Assembly: GCA_937862675.1 (NCBI GenBank)
Contig: CALMEC010000065.1
Span: 1 to 33,308, forward strand
Length of the DNA: 33,308 nt
DNA from: an uncultured Actinomycetes bacterium
GTDB taxonomy: Bacteria; Actinomycetota; Thermoleophilia; Miltoncostaeales; Miltoncostaeaceae
Direction: 5' to 3'
Part shown: positions 1 through 8,004 of the stretch, piece by piece
How the letters are laid out: every line of letters begins with the position of its first letter
How positions within the stretch are numbered: the first letter of the stretch is position 1
Made by a program: the position numbers and the translations under genes
Notes under the pieces: generated by a model
The model's database searches: none
What the model saw: only the letters and a program-made list of their open reading frames with translations
What the model was told of the DNA's origin: nothing

Positions 1-667
1 AGTGACCTGCCGGGGGCGGTCAGTGGTACGGGTCGGCGTGATCCCGGGTCCCCGGATCACCTGGCGGGATGCGCTCGTCGTGGCCGTCGGGCCGATGGAC
101 GCCGGCTCTCCGCCGGCGAAGGTCCCGCGCGGGGGCGAGCGGGGGAGATGCGTCGGAGGAGGTGGATCCGTCTCCTGTCCGGATGTCGGCCCGGTGCCGG
201 GACCGCGAGTCGGGCTCCGGGCGGGCGAGACGGTGCACGAGCATGCCGGACGCGCTGGCGTGGTCACGGGCGGCCGTCGCCGGTCGGGTCGCCCGGCTCG
301 GGCGGAGGCCCCGTCAGCCCCGTGGAACGCTGGTGAACTGCCTGCAAATCGGCATCTTCACCGACTGTCCGATATCGGGACGACGCGCGTGGAGACGGAT
401 CGACGGACATGACCGGAGAGGTCCCACGGGCGTATGCGGGACAGTCCCCGACGGGAGTGCGAGTCGTTTACCCCGGTGTCGTGGCGCACCAGGTGGAAGG
501 AATCGGAGGGGACGTCGCGACGCGCGCCTTCGAGATCGACCGGGCAGGCGGTCTCGGACGCTTCGACGACCTGGCGGGGCGGGCGGTACCCGGCCGTATC
601 CGTGGCTGATCCGCGGGGGGTGGTGGGGTGGGGGCGCCGCGACCGACGTGTCGGCCCCCGAAATGAC

Positions 668-701
668 GAAGGGGGCCGGAACCGAAGTTCCGACCCCCTT
701 C
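668..701 (-). terminator. Putative intrinsic terminator after the tandem ADC-like genes
   Basis: Hairpin GAAGGGGGCCGGA / TCCGACCCCCTTC (13-nt arms, one mismatch) lies 26 nt past the stop at 727. On the minus strand it is followed by GTCATTTCGGGG. Confidence 0.55.
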
Positions 702-726
702 CGAGCTTCGAAAGAAGCGCGAGCGA

Positions 727-1746
727 TCAGACGCCCGGGGGCTTCGGGAAGCGGTGACGCATCGTGTACTGGTACGGGGTCGAGAAGAAGAGGTCCGCGA
801 TGTCCTCGTCCGTACGCTCGATGGTCTGGGTCCAGATGGTGTCGGCGCCCGGGATGATGAGGTCGAAGTTGAACGTCATCAGACCGATGAGCTCCTTGAC
901 CGGGAGCATCGCGCCGAGGTTGTCGAACGGGGTCGCCTGCAGCGCCCAGGTGCGGATCGCGTTCGCCGAAGCGGTGCGAATCGACTCGGGCTTGAGCTGG
1001 AAGCGGTGCTGACCCTCCGTCTCCGGACGGCCCATGGCACGAGCGGTCGCCGCCGTGACCTCCGAGGGGAGGTACGTCAGGTCCCACTTCGTGGTCTTGA
1101 GGTCCGGCTGGGTGATCAGACGCAGGTTCATCCGGCCGTAGCTGGGGTCGCCGTAGAACGCGGGCTTCGCGGGAAGCTCGGCGTCGTCGTAGCGGCCCGT
1201 GGCCGTGTGGATGAGGTAGCCCCGACGCTCCATCGTGAAGTTGAAGTAGTCGTTGCCGAATCCGCCGTACCCGTCGTCCTCCTTGCCACCGTGCTCCTGG
1301 CAGACGATGTACGCGATCTTCTTCGGGAAACCGAAGGGCTCGCGGCCTGCGAAGACAGCGGCGTCCTGCGTGAGGTACATGTAGGGGTAGTACCCGGCGT
1401 AGTAGGTCTTGCCGTCCCCAGCCTTGTGGGAAGCGGAGACCGTGACGCCCATCTCACCGTACGGACCGAGGCCCGTGTGGAGGTGGTCCACGTACCAGAA
1501 CTCGATGATGTCGTCCTCGAGGTCCAGGCACTTGGGAAGGACGTGCTTGAGGTCCGCCTCGTTGCCCCGGTAGAAGAACGCCGACCAACGCGAGTTGGTG
1601 TACGTAAGGGGAACGATGTCGTAGTCGACGAGCGGATCGGCGACGCCCTGGGAGATGATGTCGCGCTTGTCACGGTCAAGTGCAAGCGGCGGTGCATCGC
1701 CCGACTCGACCCAGGGAATGCTGGTCACGTTGAGTTGCTGACCCAT
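727..1746 (-). CDS. Acetoacetate decarboxylase (ADC)-family protein, paralog 1 (339 aa)
   Basis: Full ORF with a GAAAGGAG SD 6 nt before the ATG. It is collinear with the Adc family as I recall it: YR..EADLKHVLP, YGEMG (Adc Glu76 region), MYLTQDAAVFAGREPFGFPKK (Schiff-base Lys motif) and C-terminal LPVKEL..FDLIIP. Confidence 0.8.
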   Translation of the reverse strand: MGQQLNVTSIPWVESGDAPPLALDRDKRDIISQGVADPLVDYDIVPLTYTNSRWSAFFYRGNEADLKHVLPKCLDLEDDIIEFWYVDHLHTGLGPYGEMGVTVSASHKAGDGKTYYAGYYPYMYLTQDAAVFAGREPFGFPKKIAYIVCQEHGGKEDDGYGGFGNDYFNFTMERRGYLIHTATGRYDDAELPAKPAFYGDPSYGRMNLRLITQPDLKTTKWDLTYLPSEVTAATARAMGRPETEGQHRFQLKPESIRTASANAIRTWALQATPFDNLGAMLPVKELIGLMTFNFDLIIPGADTIWTQTIERTDEDIADLFFSTPYQYTMRHRFPKPPGV

Positions 1747-1770
1747 TGACTTCTCCTTTCTGGATCTGAG

Positions 1771-2793
1771 TTAGGCCCCGAGGCCGATGGGCTTCGGGAA
1801 GCGGTGGCGGAGACCGAAGCGGTACGGCTTGGCAGCACCGGCCCAGGTCGCGTCACGGGTGTACGTCTCGGTCCAGAGGACCTGTCCACCCGGGATGATG
1901 AGGTCGAAGCTGAAGGTCATGAGACCGAGCAGCTCCTTCGGCGGAAGCTCGTGGCCGAGGTTGTCGTACGGCGTGGCCTGCATGAACCAGTTGATGTTGC
2001 CGGCGCTTGCAGTACGAATCGACTCCGGCTTCACCTGGAAGCGGTGCGAGCCTTCAGAGTCCGGGCGGCCCATCAGCGTCGCGAGGTCCTTGGTGACCAG
2101 GGACGGCAGGTAGACCAGCTCCCAACGCGACTCGGACAGGTCCGGCGCGGTGACGACCTTCATGTTCATGCGGCCGTACTCGGTGTTGCCGTAGAACGCG
2201 GGCTTCGCGGGAAGCTCGGCGTCGTCGTACTTACCGGTGGCGGAGTGCATGACGTACCCGTTCCGGATCATCAGGAACGAGAAGTAGTTGAACCCGTACT
2301 GCTTGGTGTCGAGTCCATACCCGTCGTCGGGGGCTCCACCGTGCTCGAGGACGCGGATGAAGGCTTCCTTCTTCGGGAAACCGAGGACACGACCGGCGTC
2401 GATCGCGGCGTCCTGGGTGAGGTACATGTAGGGGTAGTACCCGGCGTAGTAGGTGTTTCCGTCACCAGCCTTGTGGCTGACGGCGACGGTCGCGCCCCAC
2501 TCGCCGTACGGGCCGAGCATGGTGTGGTTGTGATCCACGTACCAGAACTCGACGATGTCGTCCTCGATGTCCATGCAGTCGGGGACGACGCGACGAAGTA
2601 CCTTCTCGTCGCAGCGGTAGAAGAACGCCGACCAACGCGAGTTGGTGTAGGTCAGCGGGAGGGTGTCGATGTCCCAAATCGGGTCGACGAGCGAGTAGAT
2701 GAACGCAGTCTTCTCATCGCGGTCAACCGGCGAGGGCGGGATCTCTCCCGTCTCAGCACCCGGGATCTGCGTCACGGCAAACTGATCTGCCAT
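1771..2793 (-). CDS. Acetoacetate decarboxylase (ADC)-family protein, paralog 2 (340 aa)
   Basis: Full ORF 24 nt upstream of paralog 1, with an AAGGGGGA SD. It carries the same motifs (MYLTQDAAIDAGRVLGFPKK, YGEWG, LPPKEL..FDLIIP) and is clearly a tandem duplicate. Confidence 0.8.
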   Translation of the reverse strand: MADQFAVTQIPGAETGEIPPSPVDRDEKTAFIYSLVDPIWDIDTLPLTYTNSRWSAFFYRCDEKVLRRVVPDCMDIEDDIVEFWYVDHNHTMLGPYGEWGATVAVSHKAGDGNTYYAGYYPYMYLTQDAAIDAGRVLGFPKKEAFIRVLEHGGAPDDGYGLDTKQYGFNYFSFLMIRNGYVMHSATGKYDDAELPAKPAFYGNTEYGRMNMKVVTAPDLSESRWELVYLPSLVTKDLATLMGRPDSEGSHRFQVKPESIRTASAGNINWFMQATPYDNLGHELPPKELLGLMTFSFDLIIPGGQVLWTETYTRDATWAGAAKPYRFGLRHRFPKPIGLGA

Positions 2794-2907
2794 ATCTCAG
2801 CATTCCCCCTTTCAGGAATGAAGGGTGGCGCACACAAATGATGAATCGGTTAGCTCGAACGATTGCGGGCGGGAAACGGTCCCCTTCCACAATGCGACAG
2901 CAATCGC

Positions 2908-2936
2908 AGCATATGTCACGTACCCCACCACGTCAA
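2908..2936 (-). promoter_or_regulatory. Sigma-70/SigA-like promoter for the ADC-like operon
   Basis: The minus strand reads TTGACG (2936..2931), a 17-nt spacer, then TATGCT (2913..2908). A TGCGA-N6-TCGCA palindrome (2893..2908) lies immediately downstream. Confidence 0.55.
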
Positions 2937-3018
2937 ACGGGAGTCCACGGGGTCCCGGAACCCCCGGAATCCCCGTCACCGCGCGGATATCGGGCTATGA
3001 GACGACCTCGTGCGGATG

Positions 3019-3047
3019 TTGACAACCTTTGGTCGTCGGCATAGGGT
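3019..3047 (+). promoter_or_regulatory. Sigma-70/SigA-like promoter for the TRAP transporter operon
   Basis: TTGACA (3019..3024), a 17-nt spacer, then TAGGGT (3042..3047). This is near-consensus and sits about 65 nt upstream of the preferred GTG start at 3113. Confidence 0.6.
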
Positions 3048-3112
3048 CATGCGTGCGGACCAACGAGACGGCCCGCACGTTGGTCATCAATCACACGGTC
3101 AAAGGGGGGTTC

Positions 3113-4219
3113 GTGAAAGGACTAGTGCGAGCGGCCGCGCTCGCGGTCACCGCGTGTGCGGCCTCGGTGGGCCTCGTGGCCTGCGGGTCGAGCGGGGACT
3201 CCACCGGCACGAGCGGTGCCGGAGGTGCGGTCTCACTCCGCATCGGATACGTGACGACGCCGCAGCACCCGTACGGGATCGCCATCCAGAAGTTCAAGGA
3301 GGAGGTCGAGAAGGCCTCCAACGGGCAGATCACCATCAACACGCTGCCCGGTGCGTCCCAGGGGAACGACGTGACCCTGCTGGACGACGTGTCCGGTGGG
3401 TCCATCGAGATGGCGGGCGTCTCCGCCGCCGTCTTCGACAACAAGGGCGTGAACGTCTTCCAGCCGCTCATGGCGCCGTTCGTCATCGACAACTACGCGC
3501 TCTCCGAGAAGGTGCTGGGCGGTGACATCGGGCAGAAGATGCTCGACAGCGAGAACGGACCGAAGAAGCTCGGCCTGGTCGGTCTCGGAATCCTCGAGGG
3601 CGGCCTCCGCAAGCCGGTCGGTCGTAGCGTGGCGCTCAAGAGCGTCGCCGACCTCAAGGGCAAGAAGATCCGCGCCCCCGCCTCGAAGATCATGGTCGAC
3701 ACGCTGAAGGCCCTCGGTGCGGAGCCCGTGTCCATGCCGCTCGGCGACGTGGCCCCGGCACTCCAGAACGGGACCATCGACGGACTCGAGGCGAACTACG
3801 GGCTCATCGTCACCCAGAAGTTCAACGAGGGTGCGAAGTACGTGACGGCCGACGTCACCCTGTGGCCGTTCCCGGCCGTCGTCGTCATCAACAAGGATCA
3901 GTGGAACAAGCTGAGCTCGGATCAGCAGAAGATCCTGGAGGACGCCGGCAAGAACCTCGCCAAGAACTCGGTCGAGTCGTTCACCAACCCGGCTCCGGGC
4001 GCCACGAACTTCGTGAAGGTGCTCTGCGACTCCGGGATGACCTTCGCCATGGCGGGCGCGGAGAACCGCGCAGCGCTCGCGAAGGCGGCCGCGCCGGCCC
4101 TCGACGCGCTGAAGAAGGACTCGGAGGAGGCCGACCTGCTCAAGGAGATCGAGGCCGCCAAGGCGGACACCCCCGCCCAGGCCCCGGCTCCCCTCCCCGC
4201 GGGCTGCAAGACGAGCTGA
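3113..4219 (+). CDS. TRAP transporter solute-binding lipoprotein (DctP type)
   Basis: This is the frame of track ORF 3029..4219. I prefer GTG 3113 because a G-rich SD (AAAGGGGGG) lies just upstream and ATG 3029 falls inside the predicted promoter. The N-terminus VKGLVRAAALAVTACAASVGLVAC/GSS is a lipoprotein signal with an LVAC lipobox. The body (LRIGYVTT, GGSIEMAG, GKKIRAP, NGTIDGLE) resembles DctP-family receptors. Confidence 0.8.
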   Translation: MKGLVRAAALAVTACAASVGLVACGSSGDSTGTSGAGGAVSLRIGYVTTPQHPYGIAIQKFKEEVEKASNGQITINTLPGASQGNDVTLLDDVSGGSIEMAGVSAAVFDNKGVNVFQPLMAPFVIDNYALSEKVLGGDIGQKMLDSENGPKKLGLVGLGILEGGLRKPVGRSVALKSVADLKGKKIRAPASKIMVDTLKALGAEPVSMPLGDVAPALQNGTIDGLEANYGLIVTQKFNEGAKYVTADVTLWPFPAVVVINKDQWNKLSSDQQKILEDAGKNLAKNSVESFTNPAPGATNFVKVLCDSGMTFAMAGAENRAALAKAAAPALDALKKDSEEADLLKEIEAAKADTPAQAPAPLPAGCKTS

Positions 4220-4232
4220 CCGCACAGATCGT

Positions 4233-4263
4233 GCCGGTGACGCAAGCGTCATGCGTCACCGGC
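4233..4263 (+). other. Intercistronic perfect hairpin between the TRAP receptor and permease genes
   Basis: GCCGGTGACGCA (4233..4244), a 7-nt loop, then TGCGTCACCGGC (4252..4263). The right arm covers the ATG at 4251. Confidence 0.6.
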
Positions 4264-6350
4264 ATGATTCGTCGTCTATGACGAGCCACGTCTTCGATCG
4301 CCACGTCGCCCCGTCGGACTCTGTCGGGTGGGTGCGCTGGCTGGAGCGGGTGGCGCGCGTGCTGCGCCGCTACTCGGACGCGGTCGCGGACATCACCCGC
4401 GTCCTGCTCATCGTCGCGGTCGTCGTCTGCGCCGGCTCCGTCGCCGGGACCGTCTTCACCCGCTACGTCCTCGGCTTCAGCATCGTCGGGCAGGACGAGC
4501 TCGCCTCGTACGCGTTCCTCTGGGTCATCTGGCTGGGGGTGAGCCTCGCCGTCCGCGGCGGGGAGGTCACGGTCATCACGTTCCTGCGGGACCGGGGGCC
4601 GCGATGGTGGCGTCTCGGCGTCACGACCTTCTCGGGCATCTCCCTGGCGATCCTCTTCGCCTACTGCGTTGTGCGCTCCACCGAGTACGCCGTCGCCCGG
4701 GAGACGGTCATCGGGACCACGGCCCTCCTGTCGCTGCCGGCGTTCTACGGGGTCGTCTCAATGACCGTCGGCTACTACTTCATCAGCCTCCACCTGCTCA
4801 CCAAGGTCGCCGAGGGGTTCCTCGCGCTCGTGCGGCGCAACCCGCGCTGGCCGCGGGAGGTCGCCGTCGCCGTCGGCGGAGCGCTGTCGATCGCCGTCGT
4901 CGTGTGGCTTCTGGTCTGGGCCACCCTCGCCGTCGGCGCCGCGCGGCTGATCGCCCTGGGGATCATCTTCGTGGTGCTCACCCTGTGCGGCAACCCGATC
5001 ATCTTCATGCTGTCGATCGTCGGGATCATCTCCACGCACGGGATCCTCGGCCTCACGTTCTATCCCAGCCCGGACGTCCTCTTCCCGTTCCGCACCACGC
5101 AGAGCGTGATGGGGCTCGCCGGGTTCAGCGAGCTCACCGTGGTGCTCATGTTCCTCATCGTCGCCGAGGTCATGAACCACTCCGGGATGAGTGACCGCCT
5201 CATCGCCTTCGCCGCGAGCCTCGTCGGCCATCTGCGCGGGGGGATGGCGTACGTCTGCCAGATCACCTCCGCGTTCGTCTCCGGCATCTCCGGTTCCGCC
5301 CAGGCCGACGCCGCGATCATGACCCCGCTCCTGGTCCCGGCCATGGAGAAGGAGGGCTACCCCAAGGACGTGGCGGCGGCCGTGGTCGCCGGCGCCTCGA
5401 TCAAGGGGCCGATCGGACCCATCTCCGTCATGTTCATCGCGTACGCGACCCTCGTGTTCAACGTCGGCATCGCGAACCTGCTCCTGTCCGGGGTCATGGC
5501 CGAGATGCTGCTGCTCCTGTTCCAGGCGGCCACGGTCTACGTCGTGGTGCGCCGCCTCGGGGTGGTCGGCAAGCGCGAGTTCGTCGGGATGCGCACCGTC
5601 CGGCGCACCGGGCTCGTCGCCCTGCCGGTCGTCCTGGTCCCGGTCATCATCCTCGGCGGGATCCTCCGCGGCGTGTTCACCCCGTCGGAGTCCGGCGCCG
5701 CCGCCGCGGCCGTCGCGCTGATCCTGGCCATGTTTTGGTACGCGTCCATCTCGCCGCGCGACATGCCGCGCATCATCACGATGGCGGGGATCGAGACCGG
5801 CATCGTGATGCTCCTCGTCGGCGACTCGTCCATCCTGGCGAAGGTCCTCCAGAACAACGGGTTCGGCCAGGACCTCCAGAACTTCCTGACGGGCTTGACC
5901 GACAACAAGTACGTCTTCCTGCTCGCCATCAACATCCTGCTGCTCCTGATCGGGATCTTCGTGGAGCCCCTGCCGGCGCTGTTCATCTTCGCCCCCTTCC
6001 TGGCGCCGATCGCCGACCAGTTCGGCATCGATCCCACCCATTTCGGGCTCATCGTCGTGTTCAACCTGGTCCTCGGGCTCATCCACCCGCCCGTCGGGCT
6101 GGTGCTGTTCCTCGTGTCGAGCCTCTCCAAGGTCCCGGTCGAACGGCTGTCCATCGTCATCCTCCCGTGGCTGGGTGTCAGCTTCGTGGTCCTCATGCTC
6201 GTCACCTATCTGCCGTCGAACGTGGTGCTCGTCCTCGTGAACCACACCGCCACGGTGATGAAGGTGATCTTCGCAGCGGCCGTCATCGCGGCGGCGATCG
6301 CGTACCTGGTCCACCTGGCACGCCGTCACCGGCGGCTCCCCGGCACCTGA
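4251..6350 (+). CDS. TRAP transporter fused permease (DctQ-like small + DctM-like large domain)
   Basis: 699-aa polytopic membrane ORF starting 31 nt after the receptor gene. An N-terminal domain of about 170 aa and 4 TM segments is followed by a large multi-TM domain. The start is uncertain: ATG 4251 is sequestered in the hairpin, and in-frame ATG 4278 is the alternative. Confidence 0.8.
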   Translation: MRHRHDSSSMTSHVFDRHVAPSDSVGWVRWLERVARVLRRYSDAVADITRVLLIVAVVVCAGSVAGTVFTRYVLGFSIVGQDELASYAFLWVIWLGVSLAVRGGEVTVITFLRDRGPRWWRLGVTTFSGISLAILFAYCVVRSTEYAVARETVIGTTALLSLPAFYGVVSMTVGYYFISLHLLTKVAEGFLALVRRNPRWPREVAVAVGGALSIAVVVWLLVWATLAVGAARLIALGIIFVVLTLCGNPIIFMLSIVGIISTHGILGLTFYPSPDVLFPFRTTQSVMGLAGFSELTVVLMFLIVAEVMNHSGMSDRLIAFAASLVGHLRGGMAYVCQITSAFVSGISGSAQADAAIMTPLLVPAMEKEGYPKDVAAAVVAGASIKGPIGPISVMFIAYATLVFNVGIANLLLSGVMAEMLLLLFQAATVYVVVRRLGVVGKREFVGMRTVRRTGLVALPVVLVPVIILGGILRGVFTPSESGAAAAAVALILAMFWYASISPRDMPRIITMAGIETGIVMLLVGDSSILAKVLQNNGFGQDLQNFLTGLTDNKYVFLLAINILLLLIGIFVEPLPALFIFAPFLAPIADQFGIDPTHFGLIVVFNLVLGLIHPPVGLVLFLVSSLSKVPVERLSIVILPWLGVSFVVLMLVTYLPSNVVLVLVNHTATVMKVIFAAAVIAAAIAYLVHLARRHRRLPGT

Positions 6351-6430
6351 TCGGCGAGGGGTCGGCGTCGCGCCGACATTGATACGATCCGGCCGCCCGC
6401 TATGAGCACGAGCCGACCGACACCGACCGC

Positions 6431-7357
6431 GTGATCGTCTGCCTGTCCGGCGGGACCGGAGGAGCGAAGATGGTCGACGGGCTCGCCCAGGTGGCGGGCC
6501 AGCCGGACCTCCACGCCATCGTGAACACCGGCGACGACGGCGACTTCTACGGCCTGCGCGTCTGTCCGGATCTCGACATCTGCACCTACACCCTGGCCGG
6601 GGTCGTCGACGAGCGCGGCTGGGGGTTCGCCGCCGACACCTTCCGGTTCATCGAGGGGCTCTCCACCTACGGACGCGACGCCTGGTTCGGCCTCGGGGAC
6701 CGGGACCTCGCCACCCACATGCACCGCACGCTGTCGCTGGCCGAGGGGAAGCGGATGTCGGAGGTCACCGCCGACATCGCCAGCCGCCTCGGGGTCCGGG
6801 CACGGCTGTGGCCGATGTGCGAGGAGCCGGTCCGCACGGTCATCACCACCCCGACGGGGGTGAAGACCTTCCAGGAGTACCTGGTCCGCGACGGCGCACG
6901 CGAGGAGATCACCGAGATCCGCTTCGACGGCATCGCGGACGCGACGCCGCCGGAGGGGATGCTCGACGCCATCGCCGCCGCCGACACCATCGTCATCGCC
7001 CCCTCGAGCCCCGTCGTGTCGATCGGGACGATCCTCGAGGTGCCCGGCGTCCGCGACGCCGTCGCCCGCCGCCGGGACCGCGTGATCGCCGTCAGCCCGA
7101 TCGTCGGGGAACGTCCCGTCGAGGGCCCCGCCGACCGCTTCCTGGCCGGTGTCGGGGTCGACGAGTGCTCCGCGGTCAGCATGGCCTCCCTGTATGCCGA
7201 GGTCGCCTCCGTCTTCGTCATCCACGACACGGAGGGCCCCGACGTGCACGCCGCCGTCGCCGCCGTCGGCATGCGCCCCGTCGCCACGGACATCCTCATG
7301 CCGGACCGCGCCCAGCGCGCCCGCCTGGCGGGAGAGGTCCTGGAGTCGATGGCGTGA
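6431..7357 (+). CDS. cofD: 2-phospho-L-lactate (or EPPG) transferase, F420 biosynthesis
   Basis: GTG start. Motifs are CLSGGTGGAKMVDGL and NTGDDGDFYGL, with the length expected of CofD/FbiA (308 aa). Confidence 0.88.
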   Translation: MIVCLSGGTGGAKMVDGLAQVAGQPDLHAIVNTGDDGDFYGLRVCPDLDICTYTLAGVVDERGWGFAADTFRFIEGLSTYGRDAWFGLGDRDLATHMHRTLSLAEGKRMSEVTADIASRLGVRARLWPMCEEPVRTVITTPTGVKTFQEYLVRDGAREEITEIRFDGIADATPPEGMLDAIAAADTIVIAPSSPVVSIGTILEVPGVRDAVARRRDRVIAVSPIVGERPVEGPADRFLAGVGVDECSAVSMASLYAEVASVFVIHDTEGPDVHAAVAAVGMRPVATDILMPDRAQRARLAGEVLESMA

Positions 7358-8004
7358 CCGCGGTCATCGTCCCGGCCAAGCCGCTCGAGTCCGCCCTCTC
7401 ACGCCTGTCGACCGTCCTCGACGGTCCCGCGCGCACGGCGATCCAGCAGGCGATGCTCATCGACGTGCTGTGCGCGGCCGGCGACCTCACGACCACCGTC
7501 ACGGTCGTCACGGCCGATCCGACCGTCGCGGCGCTCGCCACGGCGTACGGCGCCGCCGTCGTGGAGGAGGGGACACCGGCCGGCGGCATCGACGCGGCCG
7601 TGGCGCAGGGGATCGCGGCCACGGGCGGCGGGCGGGTGCTCGTGGTCATGGGCGACCTGCCCCTCGCCACGGGGGAGGACCTCGACGCGCTCGTGCGGGC
7701 CGCGCCGGATCACGGCGTGGCCATCGCCCGCTCCGCCGACGGGACCGGGACGAACGCGATGGTGCTCACCCCGGCCGGCGTCGTCGCCACATCCTTCGGT
7801 CCGGGGTCGCTCGAGCGCCACCGCGCGGAGGCCCGGCGCCGCGCCGTCGCCTGCGTCGAGCGGACCATCGACGGCCTCGCCCTCGACATCGACACCCCCC
7901 GCGACCTGGCGGACCTCCTGGCCACCGGCGTGGACTCGCACACCCTGCGCATGTGCGACGCCCTGGACCTGCGCCACCGGCTCGCCCCGGAGGCGACCGG
8001 ATGA
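7354..8004 (+). CDS. cofC: Phospholactate/PEP guanylyltransferase, F420 biosynthesis
   Basis: GTG at 7354 overlaps the cofD stop (GTGA). Motifs are VIVPAKPL, VVMGDLPL, DGTGTNAM, FGPGSLERH and DIDTPRDL, which match CofC/FbiD as I recall it. Confidence 0.8.
   Translation: MTAVIVPAKPLESALSRLSTVLDGPARTAIQQAMLIDVLCAAGDLTTTVTVVTADPTVAALATAYGAAVVEEGTPAGGIDAAVAQGIAATGGGRVLVVMGDLPLATGEDLDALVRAAPDHGVAIARSADGTGTNAMVLTPAGVVATSFGPGSLERHRAEARRRAVACVERTIDGLALDIDTPRDLADLLATGVDSHTLRMCDALDLRHRLAPEATG

Noticed and set aside
3029-3112. ATG 3029 as the start of the TRAP receptor
   Set aside because: It falls inside the predicted TTGACA-N17-TAGGGT promoter. It would also add 28 residues ahead of an otherwise canonical lipoprotein signal peptide. 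GTG 3113 has a G-rich SD.
4758-6329. 523-aa minus-strand ORF, and similar long antisense ORFs (754..1749 +, 1804..2841 +, 3233..4252 -, 8300..9775 -, 10613..12100 +, 13131..14144 +, 15033..16832 -, 18463..19995 +, 20062..21408 +, 27970..29058 +, 29086..30192 -, 31206..32228 +)
   Set aside because: Each is the mirror of a gene with clear family motifs on the other strand. The compositions are Asp/Arg/Gly/His-rich and low in complexity, and none has an SD.
6379-6406. TTGATA-N16-TATGAG as the promoter of the cofD string
   Set aside because: The -10 ends in G rather than T, and the spacer is 16 nt. It is plausible but not strong enough to list as a feature. The preceding GTCGGCG/CGCCGAC hairpin (6361..6377) is likewise only a weak terminator candidate.
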